A stretch of 63,705 nt of DNA, filler included, from Octopus bimaculoides (Eukaryota), in the NCBI RefSeq assembly GCF_001194135.2. It is 7 parts of 7 records of this genome, joined end to end, with 100 filler letters (N's around TTAATTAATTAA, not from the genome) between each part and the next. Parts side by side here need not be neighbours in the genome. Positions count along the whole stretch, not along the records: positions 28,584 to 50,479 come from NC_068998.1; positions 50,580 to 58,095 come from NC_068981.1; 5 more parts are not named here. The stretch is one strand, 5' to 3'. How positions within the stretch are numbered: the first letter of the stretch is position 1; the number at the start of each line of letters is the position of its first letter. The position numbers and the translations under genes are program-made. Below are positions 38,043 through 52,150 of this stretch, piece after piece. The notes below the pieces were generated by a model, which ran no database searches, was not told the DNA's origin, and saw nothing but the letters and a program-made list of their open reading frames with translations.

Positions 38043-41027
38043 AATCGACAGCAGGAAAATTCAGGAGAACATGTAGGGGAATAAATACATAGACATTCAA
38101 CCATTGGAAAAATTAACCCCATTAAACGATTCCTTGCCGTTTATTAGTTTCAGTGCTTCACCATACATGGCATGTATGATTCTTACTGATATGACAGCAA
38201 AATACAATAAAAGAAATATTGGAAGATGGATATATGCACTAGAAACCACTTCAATATCAAAACAAATCAACCAGTTGAAATCGAACACGGGATGCAAGCG
38301 GAGAACAGCGAACACTTTTGTAAAGTTTCTCATTAATTTTTCTAAGATGTACACATTTACTTAATCTTAAGAAATAAACGTCAGTTCAGCACGGAAATAC
38401 CGAAAAGACTTACAAACTAGTCTTTTATTGTTTCAGTCACATTCCTATTGAAAACACGCGCACAAACGGCGTGATTTTTGTAGCATTTCCTATATCTGTT
38501 ACTGTAATTATCAAACCCTTTGACGTGATAGTGCGGAAGGTCTTTTGATTTGTATACAATACAAAAGATATAAAGCACCTATTATAATATTGTACCGATC
38601 ACAAATAGACGTTTGAAACATGATTTCCTTGTTATTTCTAGCTAGCTTTTTGATTATATTATAGAAATAGCTGTGTTTTATGTCTATTTCGGATTCAAGC
38701 ATTTTTTTCTTACTCAAACATTCCATGTAATGTCTTTTATATGATATTGACTAGGTTAATTTCCATTGAATTTCCTTTTATTAAATTCTCAGTAACTACG
38801 TATCGAGCGAGTATGTACTGTTTCGTTCTTATCTGGATGCTTTATTAAAAGTTAATATTATCACTTGAAACAAACAACGCAGAGCTCGCATCAACACAGA
38901 AATCATCATTACAATTATGGGTACAAAAATATTGACTGTACATTCTCTCCACTCTTCAGGATTCAACTGAGCAGCACTAGGGCCTTCGAGGTAAATCACC
39001 GCTAGTATATACCGTTTTCTCTGCGCTCAGTTAAGAACGTATTACACATAAACTCTATTCATAAAGAGGTTACGTATACTTAATGAATGAAAATACAAAG
39101 AATGTGCAAGTATTGAAATGTTCTTTGAAAATTTATATTCTGACATTAGAAAATCAATGACTGCAATTTACAAACAAGCCTCTAACAAACCCTTACAGTG
39201 TACTTTAATCCTCTAACTTAATCCTCATTTAATTTGCAAAGTTATAAGTTCCATAATTTTGGATACATTATAACAATCAGAGAAGGGGGTGTTTAGGGAA
39301 ATTCTCTGTGGTTCAGTTTGGATTATTGACTTGGATACAGTTGCATTTCTCTTAATTGTGTCGCATTGCTCGAGACATACTGTCATCACACAAGAATTTT
39401 AAAGATGTCACAGTTCAACATTTTTATCCACCGCTGCTCATTACACCCAAACGTAGATTTCTATCCATTTTTCTATATTTATCTTATTCTCCCTGGGGCA
39501 ATTTGTTTTGTACCAAATTCACAATATCGCAATTTCTGTACAAGCAATGACTAAATGTTCCGCTTTGGTACACCATAACTTGATAATTTAAACAAGTAAC
39601 TCACCTTTTACTGGAAATATCATTTTATCTATTTACATCCATATATGTATCACAAAAAGTTCACACCCCATTTAAGCATATACACACCAAAAAGCAAACG
39701 CATAGCCTTCGAACGCTCATATGTATTTCACAACTACTCTTGCCTTCTGCACCTATTGACACAAAAACAACATATCACTCACTATCGTTCGCTTACACTA
39801 TTTTAGCCGCATTCTGTGGTGCACTCTCACGCGGAACACAATATTCATCTTCTTTGCCATAATTTGAAATGTATTTCTTTCCTGACGAACGTCTATATGG
39901 TTATATTTTCTTACTTTTATTCTCCAAAACTTCAGCAACAATAAATGAACACTTGCCTTGCGTAGCCTAAAATATATCTTTCGCCCTGTGTAAGAACGTG
40001 CAGTGCAAAATCCTTGCCTTGAAAAATGTTGACGTGTTATTTGAGGTTGATAAATAAATCAAGGAGAAATATCTTGTTCATTCAGGCCGGTCATAAATCA
40101 CGTATATTAGTAACATGCATCATACAGTCTACATCTACATTTTAGCATCAGTATAAACTTCGACCCTGAACATCTACGGACATTTTTTAAGGTTAAATTA
40201 TCTTCCTAATTGTAATGAAGCTAAATTTTGTGACACGTTTGCTTATATGTGGCATCCTAGACTGCATCTAACCTGAGAAGATTGAATTGTTTGTTTTTTT
40301 AGATTATCTCCTCAATGCATTCATTTGCTCGGACACTGACAAAATGTCTAATTCTTTTATCAATAATAAAAATGATTTCAATCCCCTGAAGTTGCTACTT
40401 GATTATTTCCTCTACCTACATTCATCTGTTTATGCCATTATTGTCAAAACTCTGGGCCATACAGTGCTATAATAAAAATATCACCCCACTACAGATCTAG
40501 AGATCTCAACCTTATCACCATGTTGTATCTGTTATAATTTTTCAAACTGAAAATATCAAATACAATGAAGTGACCAGTCTAGAACATTTTAGATAATAAT
40601 CTAATCTGATGACGTCTGAGCAAAGTAAAATAAGAATATGATTTTGCTTCAATATTTAACATCATAGGCTTAAAGATGGAAAGACCATCGATCAAGATAG
40701 TTTGTAAAGGTGGTAATCTGAATAATTTTAAGAATTCTCTATTCATAATTATTTTATTAGGAACTGTCTGTTTATTCCAACAGAACTCACTGATGGCTAC
40801 ATTGGATCATATCACATTTTAAACTGAATATTACATCGAATGGATTATTTTTAGATAAATTAAATACATGCATATTATTTGTCGGACAATGGTTACCGTA
40901 TATATTTTAAATGAGTGGTATTGAAAATATAAGTTTTATGATTAGTAAACATAAACGTTAAAGGGCACAGAGAGCTGCTTGATATATTTTGTTTGAAACA
41001 ACATGCTTCAATATTATTGAATACAAA

Positions 41028-41250
41028 GTCGGCGAGCTGGCAGAAGCGTTAGCACAACAGGCGAAATGCTTAGTGGTATTTCGTTCGTCTTTTAGTTCTG
41101 AGTTCAAATTCCGTGAGATCGACTTTACCATTCATTTTTTTTTTGGGGGGGGGGTGATAAATTAAGGACCAGTTGCGTACTGGGGTCGATCTAATAGACT
41201 GTTCGTTCACCTGTCCCCAAAATGTTGGGCCTAGATTAGACAAAAATATT
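41028..41250 (+). mobile_element. SINE family A
   Basis: ggcgagctggcagaagcgttagcac, gagttcaaattccg, accagttgcgtactggggtcgatctaat. Confidence 0.85.
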
Positions 41251-42295
41251 ATTGAATATAAAATTAGTTAGATTTTTGTGAGTTATCCCCATCAAGTAAA
41301 TTAGAACTTAAACAGAAATAATTGAACAATCACTGCTGTCGCGTCTTTTACGTAAATACAAGGTCATTTCTGTAATATACGTCTGTGTCAGCCACCAAAT
41401 GTTTACTGTTTCAAATTAACTGAGAAAATAAAACATTCTAAATTAAGAAAATTCCTATACCCATCAACTGAAACTCCAGAAAATCCTCGTTCTGACATTT
41501 GATTTTTAATGTCCATAAGAACAGATTGAATGTCATATAACATTATGATTATTCTAAATTAATTCATAACTGATACTGCATGGTCCAGATATTTGTTGGA
41601 AGCGCTCGTGATAAAGTAGTTATATTAAACAGTGTTATGCGTTACAGATAGTAATTATTGAATTGATTATCTTGTACCGTTACAAAAATTAATATCAACT
41701 GTATATTATAAAAAGAGAAATAACTTACAAAACCAGCTTAAATTTTGTGTAAGCTACATTCGAATGTGGTTTTCCTATCGGAAAATTTCTTTAAGGTTCC
41801 TATACCTATAACTTTTGGTCAAACTAAAACTAATACAACAGAATACAAATTTATAGTAAACGATCAGACGCATGCATAAGATGAATAAAAATCCCTTCGG
41901 ATTCATCTAAATAATATCTGCATAATGTGCTCTATAAATTATCTAACAATAATCTAGCATACACACAGGTGCCTTATTTGGGTAAAAGGGTAAGATATCT
42001 CAATTATTTAATGATTACACAAACATTCTCCGGTCCGTATCCATAATATACATTATCTTGTGACTGCGAAAGTCCCTATGTTCTTTCTGCTTACTGAACA
42101 ATTTTCAGAATAAGAATCAGTATCAATAGTGCATACTACTGGATAAAACCCACGATATATCATTATATGGCCAAGCACCGCTTGAAATGATACAATACAA
42201 AGTTAAACATGCAAAAAAATTGCCATCGTCCTCTCACAAGACCTTCGCACTCCATATAGATTCATACATCTACGAATATATATATATATATGTGT

Positions 42296-42398
<103 letters not shown>

Positions 42399-42603
42399 CT
42401 ATTGCATTAGTAACAGTTTCCCTATTAAGAGCAGCATTTATTTCTGTTTCTTGAATTTAGCGGATGTGCCACAAAATCGTGTATGTCAATCAGTATCTAA
42501 ATAACAGAAGTCACAGAATAAATTAAAAGTGTAACGTAATGCAATCTCATCATCCACATAGAATAATGTATAATTTATTTATAAACATTTCCTTTGTTTA
42601 TAG

Positions 42604-42659
42604 GTCTTCTAAAGTGATTGATTTTTCCGGAATTTCTTCTCGATGCAGGAAAGAAGAAA
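42604..42659 (+). CDS. Candidate 56-nt internal exon (SSKVIDFSGISSRCRKEE)
   Basis: Acceptor catttcctttgtttatag, donor AAA|gtgaga, exactly one frame open. No homology recognised. Confidence 0.25.
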
Positions 42660-42946
42660 GTGAGATAATTTCCTAGAGTAGACTACTGCAATTCTTATCA
42701 TGAAACTATTATATACTTTGTCACAGAATTTCACATACATCAACTCAAAACTTCTAGACGTGCTTCTGTCATTATGGTGAAACTGATTGTAGTTCAATAA
42801 ATATCAGTAAAATATTCGTCTTTCTTTGTAATGAACGCGCGCGCGCGCACACACACACACATACACGCACATACACATGCACATATATAGATGAATACAT
42901 ACATATACATATATATGTATGTATCTATCTACCTATCTCTCTATCA

Positions 42947-42994
<48 letters not shown>

Positions 42995-43180
42995 NNNNNN
43001 NNNNNNNNNNNNNNNNNNNNNNNNNNNNNNNNNNNNNNNNNNNNNNNNNNNNNNNNNNNNNNNNNNNNNNNNNNNNNNNNNNNNNNNNNNNNNNNNNNNN
43101 NNNNNNNNNNNNNNNNNNNNNNNNNNNNNNNNNNNNNNNNNNNNNNNNNNNNNNNNNNNNNNNNNNNNNNNNNNNNNNNN

Positions 43181-43227
<47 letters not shown>

Positions 43228-43233
43228 CATATG

Positions 43234-43830
43234 CAGGGTGCGAAGATATCTGAGAACAGAGTTGTGTTTATAAATAATCTATATAATAAGAGATAACTTA
43301 ATTTATCAAAATATGTTATGAGGATAAAAATTATCTTTCTTTTCAGTAATGTTATTCAATAAAACTAAAATTAACTTCAATAACTGCTGCTATATGAGAT
43401 CTAAATAATCTACATGCTTGAATCAAGTCGTCCTGATTCATTTTAGACATTACCCTATGATAGTTTTCAAAGAATCTTTGGCGTTATATGCGTGTTCATT
43501 GACCTCTCTCTCAAAAACGCTGCACGTGTAATAGTCCAATGGATTGAGATCTGGGGAATTAGGAGGCCAAACGTTAGCCATCCATTAGTGTGTAACTAGA
43601 ACCATGAGAGATAGTGCAGTGTTTTACTGAATCACATATGGCCTTTCATTACATACACTGTCTATCAAGAGCTTAACAATTATTTCTAGGATCTCTTTGT
43701 AGGCGGCACATTTAAATCTAAGGCTTTCTAGTAAGCAGTAATGATGCGTCACATATCCTTCATTGATGACAACCCCTAAAACCATGACAATCGGAGGAAA
43801 TTGTGTATGCATAACACTTGGAATTCAGAA
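43234..43830 (-). mobile_element. maT (DD37D-type) Tc1/mariner transposase 3' half with terminal CAGGGTG
   Basis: Minus translation: TQFPPIVMVLGVVINEG, RPYVIQ*NTA, WPPNSPDLNPLDYY, ACRLFRSHIAAVIE..FIE*; terminus gcagggtg at 43233-40. Family assignment is from motif memory. Confidence 0.75.
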
Positions 43831-44086
43831 TGTCTTTCACATAACCATCTGTCATTTCTAGAGTAAGGTGAGAGTCTGGCATTGTTAATTTCTGAAATAA
43901 AGACTATACAGAGTTTTAAAAATTGCATTATTCATGCGTGTATATNNNNNNNNNNNNNNNNNNNNNNNNNNNNNNNNNNNNNNNNNNNNNNNNNNNNNNN
44001 NNNNNNNNNNNNNNNNNNNNNNNNNNNNNNNNNNNNNNNNNNNNNNNNNNNNNNNNNNNNNNNATATATATATTAATATAATTAAC

Positions 44087-44135
<49 letters not shown>

Positions 44136-44974
44136 AGGGGAGAAGTCACAAAAAAAAAGAAACGAAGACAGGTTGTGTAGAAAACAAAAAGTTGTATTAG
44201 TTTTACTGTATATATATAGTTCAAATGGGGTTAAGATTTCATACAAATTTCTGCAAATGTTTACTTTGTAAAAATACGCTCAGTACCGTGGGCGATATTA
44301 GGACATGGTTTACATACGAACTTTATAATTGAGCTTGTATTAAAACCATTGGTACTTATACAGAGGAATGAACCAAATACAAAGTTTGAAAAGAAAATAT
44401 AAATCTTTATTGCCTTCATATTTATATACATATAGATAAATATAGGTTTATGGAAGTATACTTTTGTCTGGAATCATGGGTATGTGTATACAAGTACGTC
44501 TGTGTGCGAGAGTGTTATATTTGTATTGGTGTGCCTGTCTCTGTGTATTTTTTACAACATTTAAAATATTTTGTGAATCTTTATTTATACACGCGTCCAC
44601 ATGCCTTTTCTTTTCTGAATGTATCCGTATTTATTCTCAATTTAGCTAATGTGAGCATATTTTTATCATTACATATGACGAACATATTTTCATTTATCTA
44701 TATTCGTCCCAATAATACAAAATTTTATAGAGGCAGATATAAAACATTGTTTTAAACTTTGAACTCTACATATAACTATTTGTTTCATAAATCTACTATT
44801 CCATTATTCATTGTTATTGCTTTTGAAATAATATTCCAAACGTTATATGCTTTAATTTCTTGCATAATAATTCAATAGTTGACCACCTTTTTCCTCTGTT
44901 TAAAGTTCGCCTTTAAGCCCCTTTCTTCTGATATAGACATCAACTTGTCCTCCTGCTCTAGTCTCCTATACAGA

Positions 44975-46552
44975 CACTGGCAAAATGAGCTTAAGACCGA
45001 TTATGACAGTTCTATTCCTGTATTAATATATATTTTACAAAACTGTATAACAATATGTTACTTGTAACAGTTTATGCATAACTTTTTTCTCTTTCAAATG
45101 ATATAGGCGTCATATATCTTTCTACAAAACGATTAATTTTAATGCGCAATAATTCAAATGATTAGAAATTGTCAGCAAAATACGTTTAAGACTACCAAGA
45201 TTATGCAGATTAATACACCAAATGGGTGGTCATATGGCTGGTCGTAGTGCACTGTTTTATTTAATAATCGAGCATTCTTGCACATTAATTCCCTACGGGA
45301 AAACATAGTAGTATCAGCCTAGTTACTAGATCAAATATCGTGTTGCTTCACCAGCAAAATGTGTTCTTCATGATCATAAGCAATCAATTAGGACGCAGCA
45401 AAAACGGTTTGTGTTCTAGCATGGAAGCTTTACCATGCCACTGGCCAATACAAAGAACGGCAAAGAACGGGTGCTCCGAGAAAGCCAACAGTACAAACTG
45501 ATCAGCGAATTCATCGGCTCTCTGAATATAACCGAATGCTAACTGCAGTAGTGGACTTTTGCAAGCAATTATCAGATGAAACTGATATCAGCTTTACACC
45601 ACACACTGTCAGAAACCGCCTAAAAGAATTTGGACTGTTCAGCCGGATTACTCGAAAGAGGCCAATAATTTCTTAGAAGAACCGGTGGAAGCACGTAAAG
45701 TTTGCTAAAAGCCATATTAAATGCACGGCCGAAAACTGCTAAAAAGTTCTTTCGAGCTACGAATCCTGCTTTTGCCTCTTTGGATCAGACGGAAGGACTC
45801 ATGTTAGACGCCGTCCAACCGAAGCATTCCATCCTAAATATGTCAAGAAAACGGCGCAAGTGGGAGGCGGGGAGTAATGTAACAATGTAAGCTATCTGCA
45901 ATTAGTAAATGAAAATATGCTACAATATTTAAATAGTCAGATGCCACTTGGATCTATTTTCCAGCAGGCCAATTGCCCCGTTCATTAGGCTAGGAAAGTT
46001 TTGCAATATTTTGAGCCCAATAATATGATTGCTATTGAGGGGCCTCCGCAGAGCTCGGATTTGAATCCGAAAGAAAATTTATGGAATTATTTGTCTAAAA
46101 GAATTGATGCTAAAAAGACCAACAAATTTGTCCCAAATATAAATAATTTGATTGATGAAATATGGCAGAACATGCCAAGTAATTTCGTGCTTATTTGTCG
46201 AAATTCACGTCCCGCCGTTGTAAGGCGGTACTTAAAAATAACGTCTATGGAACTAGATACTAAAGATACATTTTTGCTCGTTCATTGTTTGTGCCGCATG
46301 TTTTCAATTTAAACAAAACTACGTTGGTACGATCTTAAACTTATTTTGCCGACAATTTTTAATCATTTGAATTAATTACGCATTAAAATTATTTAAAATT
46401 GTAGAAAACTATATAACGCCTATATCATGCGAAAGAGAAGAAACATCTACAAAACCTGTAGAAAGTAAAATAATTTTATACAGTTTTCTTAAAAATAAAT
46501 TAATGCTGGAATAGAACTGTTATCATCGGTCTTAAACTTATTTTGGCCAGTG
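44975..46552 (+). mobile_element. Full-length defective Tc1 element (IR/DR type), 1578 bp
   Basis: ~220-bp TIRs (44975-45192 and 46331-46552) align over their length, each with two caaaat.agtttaagac direct repeats; TA after the right end. Transposase remnant PRKPTVQTDQRI, TVRNRLKEFGL, KVLSSYESCFCLFGSDG, FQQANCPVH, PPQSSDLNPKENLW with stops and frameshifts. Confidence 0.92.
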
Positions 46553-48180
46553 TATTTTCTATTCTACTCACTTTTTCTCATTATTTCTCGTTATTTCATC
46601 TACCTAGTAATATAATATTTTTCTACTATATCACATCATGTATTATTATTACTCCTCTTCTGAACTGATGCATTTTCAATCTTATTCATTTCTCTCTAAG
46701 TGCTCTGTCAGATGCTAATACTTTTACTCTTCTCTACAATTTTACAGTTTGCCCATCTTATATTTCTCTCGGAAAATATTTTGATGAATGTATCTGTATA
46801 TGTAGCTTCATTAACACATTGCCTACCACCAAACGAGAATTGTGCATAGTCGACTCCTATGTAAATTTTCTTCTTATCTTTCTTTTAATCTCTCACCACT
46901 ATCTCTATATGATTTAAAGAGTGGCTGGCNNNNNNNNNNNNNNNNNNNNNNNNNNNNNNNNNNNNNNNNNNNNNNNNNNNNNNNNNNNNNTATATATATA
47001 TATATATATATATATGAATAATAATAATAAATGGAGCAAAACGCATATAAATAAAAGTTCCTTTAATTCCTGCATATGTTTCAAAATATATGTGTACACT
47101 ACTACAAAGAAGTAAGAGCTGCTGGAATTGCACATGTATTCATCGTCGGGGAACCAACATATAGAAGCAAGACAAATGCGAAATGATAAGCTTACTTACG
47201 AGTTATAATATTATAATATTATATGGACAAGTGAGTGACCGTTAGAAGTAAGACGCTGGTTTACATAGTTATAACGGGAGAGTCTGTAAATGAAATAGTG
47301 GGGGGGGGGAAAGGCAAAAGGGATCACAGTAAAGTAAACTAAAGCCATAAACTATAAGCTAATCCAAATGTGGAGGAGGGGAGAGAATCAAGAGAGTTCA
47401 TCATATATAAAAATATCTCCTTAAGGAAAAAATAATAACATACTAATTTAAAGCAAAGAATGTAAATATAATAAATAAATAAAGTATCATAGCCTTGTAA
47501 TATATTATATTAATATACGGATATTAACGCAAATTAATGGTAAAACAAGGTACAGGATATTTAGTTAAGAAATAATAATGATAATAATATACTCAAAATG
47601 CATGGCTTTAACTTGGTATCTCTACCTATAAAACGGGTGTGATATCCTGTTTTTTTGTGTGATCTTTGCTACCCATGGTAACTATTAACATATTTAGATT
47701 GTCACGGTTTTTTTTAAAACTGAGATAATATTAATATATGCATAAACTAATAGAAATTATCCACCGAGCTCTAATACTCAGGATAATAACACGTCTTAGT
47801 GCGACAATAAACAGCTACCACAACCAATCCATTTGAGTAAATAGACAGTGAAATTGTAGAAATAGGTTCCTGCCTACATTCCTGCCTACATTATGAACAT
47901 TGATTTAGTATCTGAATATTCCGTATGTGTGCATAGAAATGTCTGTGTATATCTTGGTGCTACCTCAAATTGGTTGATATAATTAAATTTTGTAAGATAT
48001 CCAGTGTGTGAAGGGTCCATGGGTGTATGCATGAGAGTAATCTTCTGTCTTCCAGCGTATCTTCCGCCTTTACTCAGAAGCCAGAATATTTTCTCTGCAC
48101 CCCCTTCCTTCTCCATATTCTGAATATCTGCTGTTTTCTCTTCGTCTTAGCGCAATATCTCTAAACATTCTGCTTTGTAG

Positions 48181-48306
48181 GGAAGAAAAACTCTATAGCT
48201 AAGTTCGACTGGGAAAAACCGTCTCTAGTTCCATCCACTCTGCACAATTCTTTTACTTGGAAAGCTTCAATTTACATACTGAAACGCACCTACTTCTCAA
48301 AGGAAT
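48181..48306 (+). CDS. Candidate symmetric 126-nt exon (KKNSIAKFDWEKPSLVPSTLHNSFTWKASIYILKRTYFSKE)
   Basis: Acceptor attctgctttgtag, donor AAT|gtaagc, phase 1-1, only one frame open. No homology recognised; could be an old TE. Confidence 0.25.
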
Positions 48307-48529
48307 GTAAGCCCTTGAAGTAGTATCCTCGTCCCTTCTTCAGAACACAAAATTATGCTTGGTCTCAAGTTGAGGTAGATGCCCTGGAAGAGCAGCAGCT
48401 TTTTCCCTCGATCTATTATTCTCATCTTTTAACATATAGAACTGTATTATGACGATATAATACCAATGATTAACTTCTAATTGTCAATTATTACTCCATT
48501 TCTTCTCTTATCTCTCTATATACGTGTGC

Positions 48530-48573
<44 letters not shown>

Positions 48574-49399
48574 NNNNNNNNNNNNNNNNNNNNNNNNNNN
48601 NNNNNNNNNNNNNNNNNNNNNNNNNNNNNNNNNNNNNNNNNNNNNNNNNNNNNNNNNNNNNNNNNNNNNNNNNNNNNNNNNNNNNNNNNNNNNNNNNNNN
48701 NNNNNNNNNNNNNNNNNNNNNNNNNNNNNNNNNNNNNNNNNNNNNNNNNNNNNNNNNNNNNNNNNNGTGGGTATGTATGTATGTATGTACGTATGTATGT
48801 ATATATAAATTTCATTCGAGGGTATGTATAAAAAAGCTGATTCAATACCTAGTATTCTTGTGGAAGAAATTCCTTTAAAAACAATAGGTATATATTAAGC
48901 ATATATTTTACATCCAGTTAAGAGAAGAAAAGAAAATGGAGATAACGAACTTAATTATTTATTATTAACGAATCAGTCATTTTCGTTCCTTACAGCCGTT
49001 TCAATTAATGCTTAATAATTTAATTACAAACTTGTACATAAAATTTGCATTTATGTGACATGGAAATAATTTTATCAGAGAAGAAATGATGTACCTGCAG
49101 TTGTTATATGTGGACTTATAAATTCATTTTAGATTCTGCTGTAATTGATTGATAGGTCCACATATAATATCCCAAGGTACTGAAATTATACTCATATCAC
49201 ATAGATGCAAATTTTATGTACAAATTTGTAATTCCATTACTGAGTATTAATTGAAACAACTGTAAGAAGCGAAAAGACCAATTTATTAATAATAAAGAGT
49301 TGTTAACTCCTTGTGTTTGGTCTGTCTCTGCACAGGTGCCACCTGCACACCCACCTTCAATGTGAACAATAATTAATCCTCTGTTTTTGTTCATTTGCG

Positions 49400-50110
49400 C
49401 CTCATGGGCTCAACTCACCTATTCTCTTCATCTGGCGTCCAACCTCACCTTCATTCTTCATTTAACACCAACTCCACAAGGAAACTCATTCCTCATATTC
49501 AAATGTCCCCTACTCCTACACACCTGCATACCGCCCACCTTGGTACCCTCACCCACTCGCACCACCATACACCCACCATAAACTCTGTTCAACTCATCCC
49601 TCACTTCATATATCATTGCACACACACCTACAGTACCTATGCACTCCACATACTACCACTGACAACTTCTGATCCCCCACACCGCATAACATCATCCACA
49701 CAACCACACACAATCATCAATAGGGTCACCACTCATACCATTATATGAGCACCTACACATTCTGTTTAACTCAATCCACTCATGACACACCATCCTACAT
49801 ACTCCATACCTACACAAAAGCATAATGACTGAACAAAGACTATATAAACACAGAGGCATCATGCATAAACTCACGCAACATTCATAGACAAGAATAACTT
49901 TCGCCCACATACATGCACTAAACATATGCACACTATTTGGTCACAGAGACACCCATACACATATACATGTGCACATACCACGTGAAAAAGCACAAATCAA
50001 CTCCTACGCACAACACACACATACGTTAACTACGCGCGCGCACGTCACACACTCACGGCCATTCATTCATACACATATACAAAGTCAAACACACCATTCT
50101 AAAATACGCA
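49400..50110. repeat. G-poor, C/A-rich low-complexity tract (decayed CA-type)
   Basis: Long stretch of cac/cca/cat words with very few G on plus. Confidence 0.75.
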
Positions 50111-50388
50111 TACATGTAATGCTTGCGTGCATTAGCTTGTTGAGATCACCATTATTATCTCCATTTCATTCGACGTCTCTTTGTTATTATCTCCCTTTCG
50201 TTCTACCTCTTCTTTTTCCGATCATTCGCTACGATGTGCCGCTGAACACTACATGTTCTTTCCCTTCTCTCTCTGTATATTTCCTCTTATTACTTTCTGT
50301 TGAAGGGCGTAGGATGGGTATGTAGAAGAGTTCTCCATTTTCCCGATAATTGATTTCGTTTTTTTTTTCTATAAATTTGAACAATACA

Positions 50389-50445
<57 letters not shown>

Positions 50446-50601
50446 GTGTGTGTGTGTATATATGTATATATATATATATNNNNNNNNNNNNNNNNNNNNN
50501 NNNNNNNNNNNNNNNNNNNNNNNTTAATTAATTAANNNNNNNNNNNNNNNNNNNNNNNNNNNNNNNNNNNNNNNNNNNNCCTTTATCTACCTACGTAAGT
50601 A

Positions 50602-50641
<40 letters not shown>

Positions 50642-51105
50642 TATGTGTGTCTATGTGTCTGTAGGTGTGCGCTTGTGTGGACGTGTGTTAGTGTGTGAGT
50701 GTACTACGTGTGTGCGTCTGTTTTTATGTTGGAATAATTGTGTCAATATACTCACACACATGTATGTATATGCATATGTATGCGTATACAAATATGTATA
50801 TAGAGAATGAATAATCCTCAGATTTGAAACATGATACAAAAAATTTTATTAACATATTAATACCTTCATACTAACACATAGACATAAAATCAAATGTATA
50901 TAAATATGTATATACCAGCATGCATGCTTATACAAACACACTCCACATATATACACATACATATATATACATATGTGAGTGTGCATGTGAATGTATGTAT
51001 ATGTATAGATATCTAAACATATATATCTCATGCATATATATATGTATATATATATGTATACATGTATATATATAACTACATATATAATATCTATCTATCT
51101 ATATC

Positions 51106-51164
<59 letters not shown>

Positions 51165-52096
51165 NNNNNNNNNNNNNNNNNNNNNNNNNNNNNNNNNNNN
51201 NNNNNNNNNNNNNNNNNNNNNNNNNNNNNNNNNNNNNNNNNNNNNNNNNNNNNNNNNNNNNNNNNNNNNNNNNNNNNNNNNNNNNNNNNNNNNNNNNNNN
51301 NNNNNNNNNNNNNNNNNNNNNNNNNNNNNNNNNNNNNNNNNNNNNNNNNNNNNNNNNNNNNNNNNNNNNNNNNNNNNNNNNNNNNNNNNNNNNNNNNNNN
51401 NNNNNNNNNNNNNNNNNNNNNNNNNNNNNNNNNNNNNNNNNNNNNNNNNNNNNNNNNNNNNNNNNNNNNNNNNNNNNNNNNNNNNNNNNNNNNNNNNNNN
51501 NNNNNNNNNNNNNNNNNNNNNNNNNNNNNNNNNNNNNNNNNNNNNNNNNNNNNNNNNNNNNNNNNNNNNNNNNNNNNNNNNNNNNNNNNNNNNNNNNNNN
51601 NNNNNNNNNNNNNNNNNNNNNNNNNNNNNNNNNNNNNNNNNNNNNNNNNNNNNNNNNNNNNNNNNNNNNNNNNNNNNNNNNNNNNNNNNNNNNNNNNNNN
51701 NNNNNNNNNNNNNNNNNNNNNNNNNNNNNNNNNNNNNNNNNNNNNNNNNNNNNNNNNNNNNNNNNNNNNNNNNNNNNNNNNNNNNNNNNNNNNNNNNNNN
51801 NNNNNNNNNNNNNNNNNNNNNNNNNNNNNNNNNNNNNNNNNNNNNNNNNNNNNNNNNNNNNNNNNNNNNNNNNNNNNNNNNNNNNNNNNNNNNNNNNNNN
51901 NNNNNNNNNNNNNNNNNNNNNNNNNNNNNNNNNNNNNNNNNNNNNNNNNNNNNNNNNNNNNNNNNNNNNNNNNNNNNNNNNNNNNNNNNNNNNNNNNNNN
52001 NNNNNNNNNNNNNNNNNNNNNNNNNNNNNNNNNNNNNNNNNNNNNNNNNNNNNNNNNNNNNNNNNNNNNNNNNNNNNNNNNNNNNNNNNNNNNNNN

Positions 52097-52150
<54 letters not shown>

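Noticed and set aside
37570-38122. Poly-E/K, poly-S/F and poly-L ORFs
   Set aside because: Translations of the (GAA)n/(GGA)n tract.
38104-38364. Overlapping 85-86-aa ORFs on both strands
   Set aside because: No recognisable motif, and the candidate splice sites give conflicting frames.
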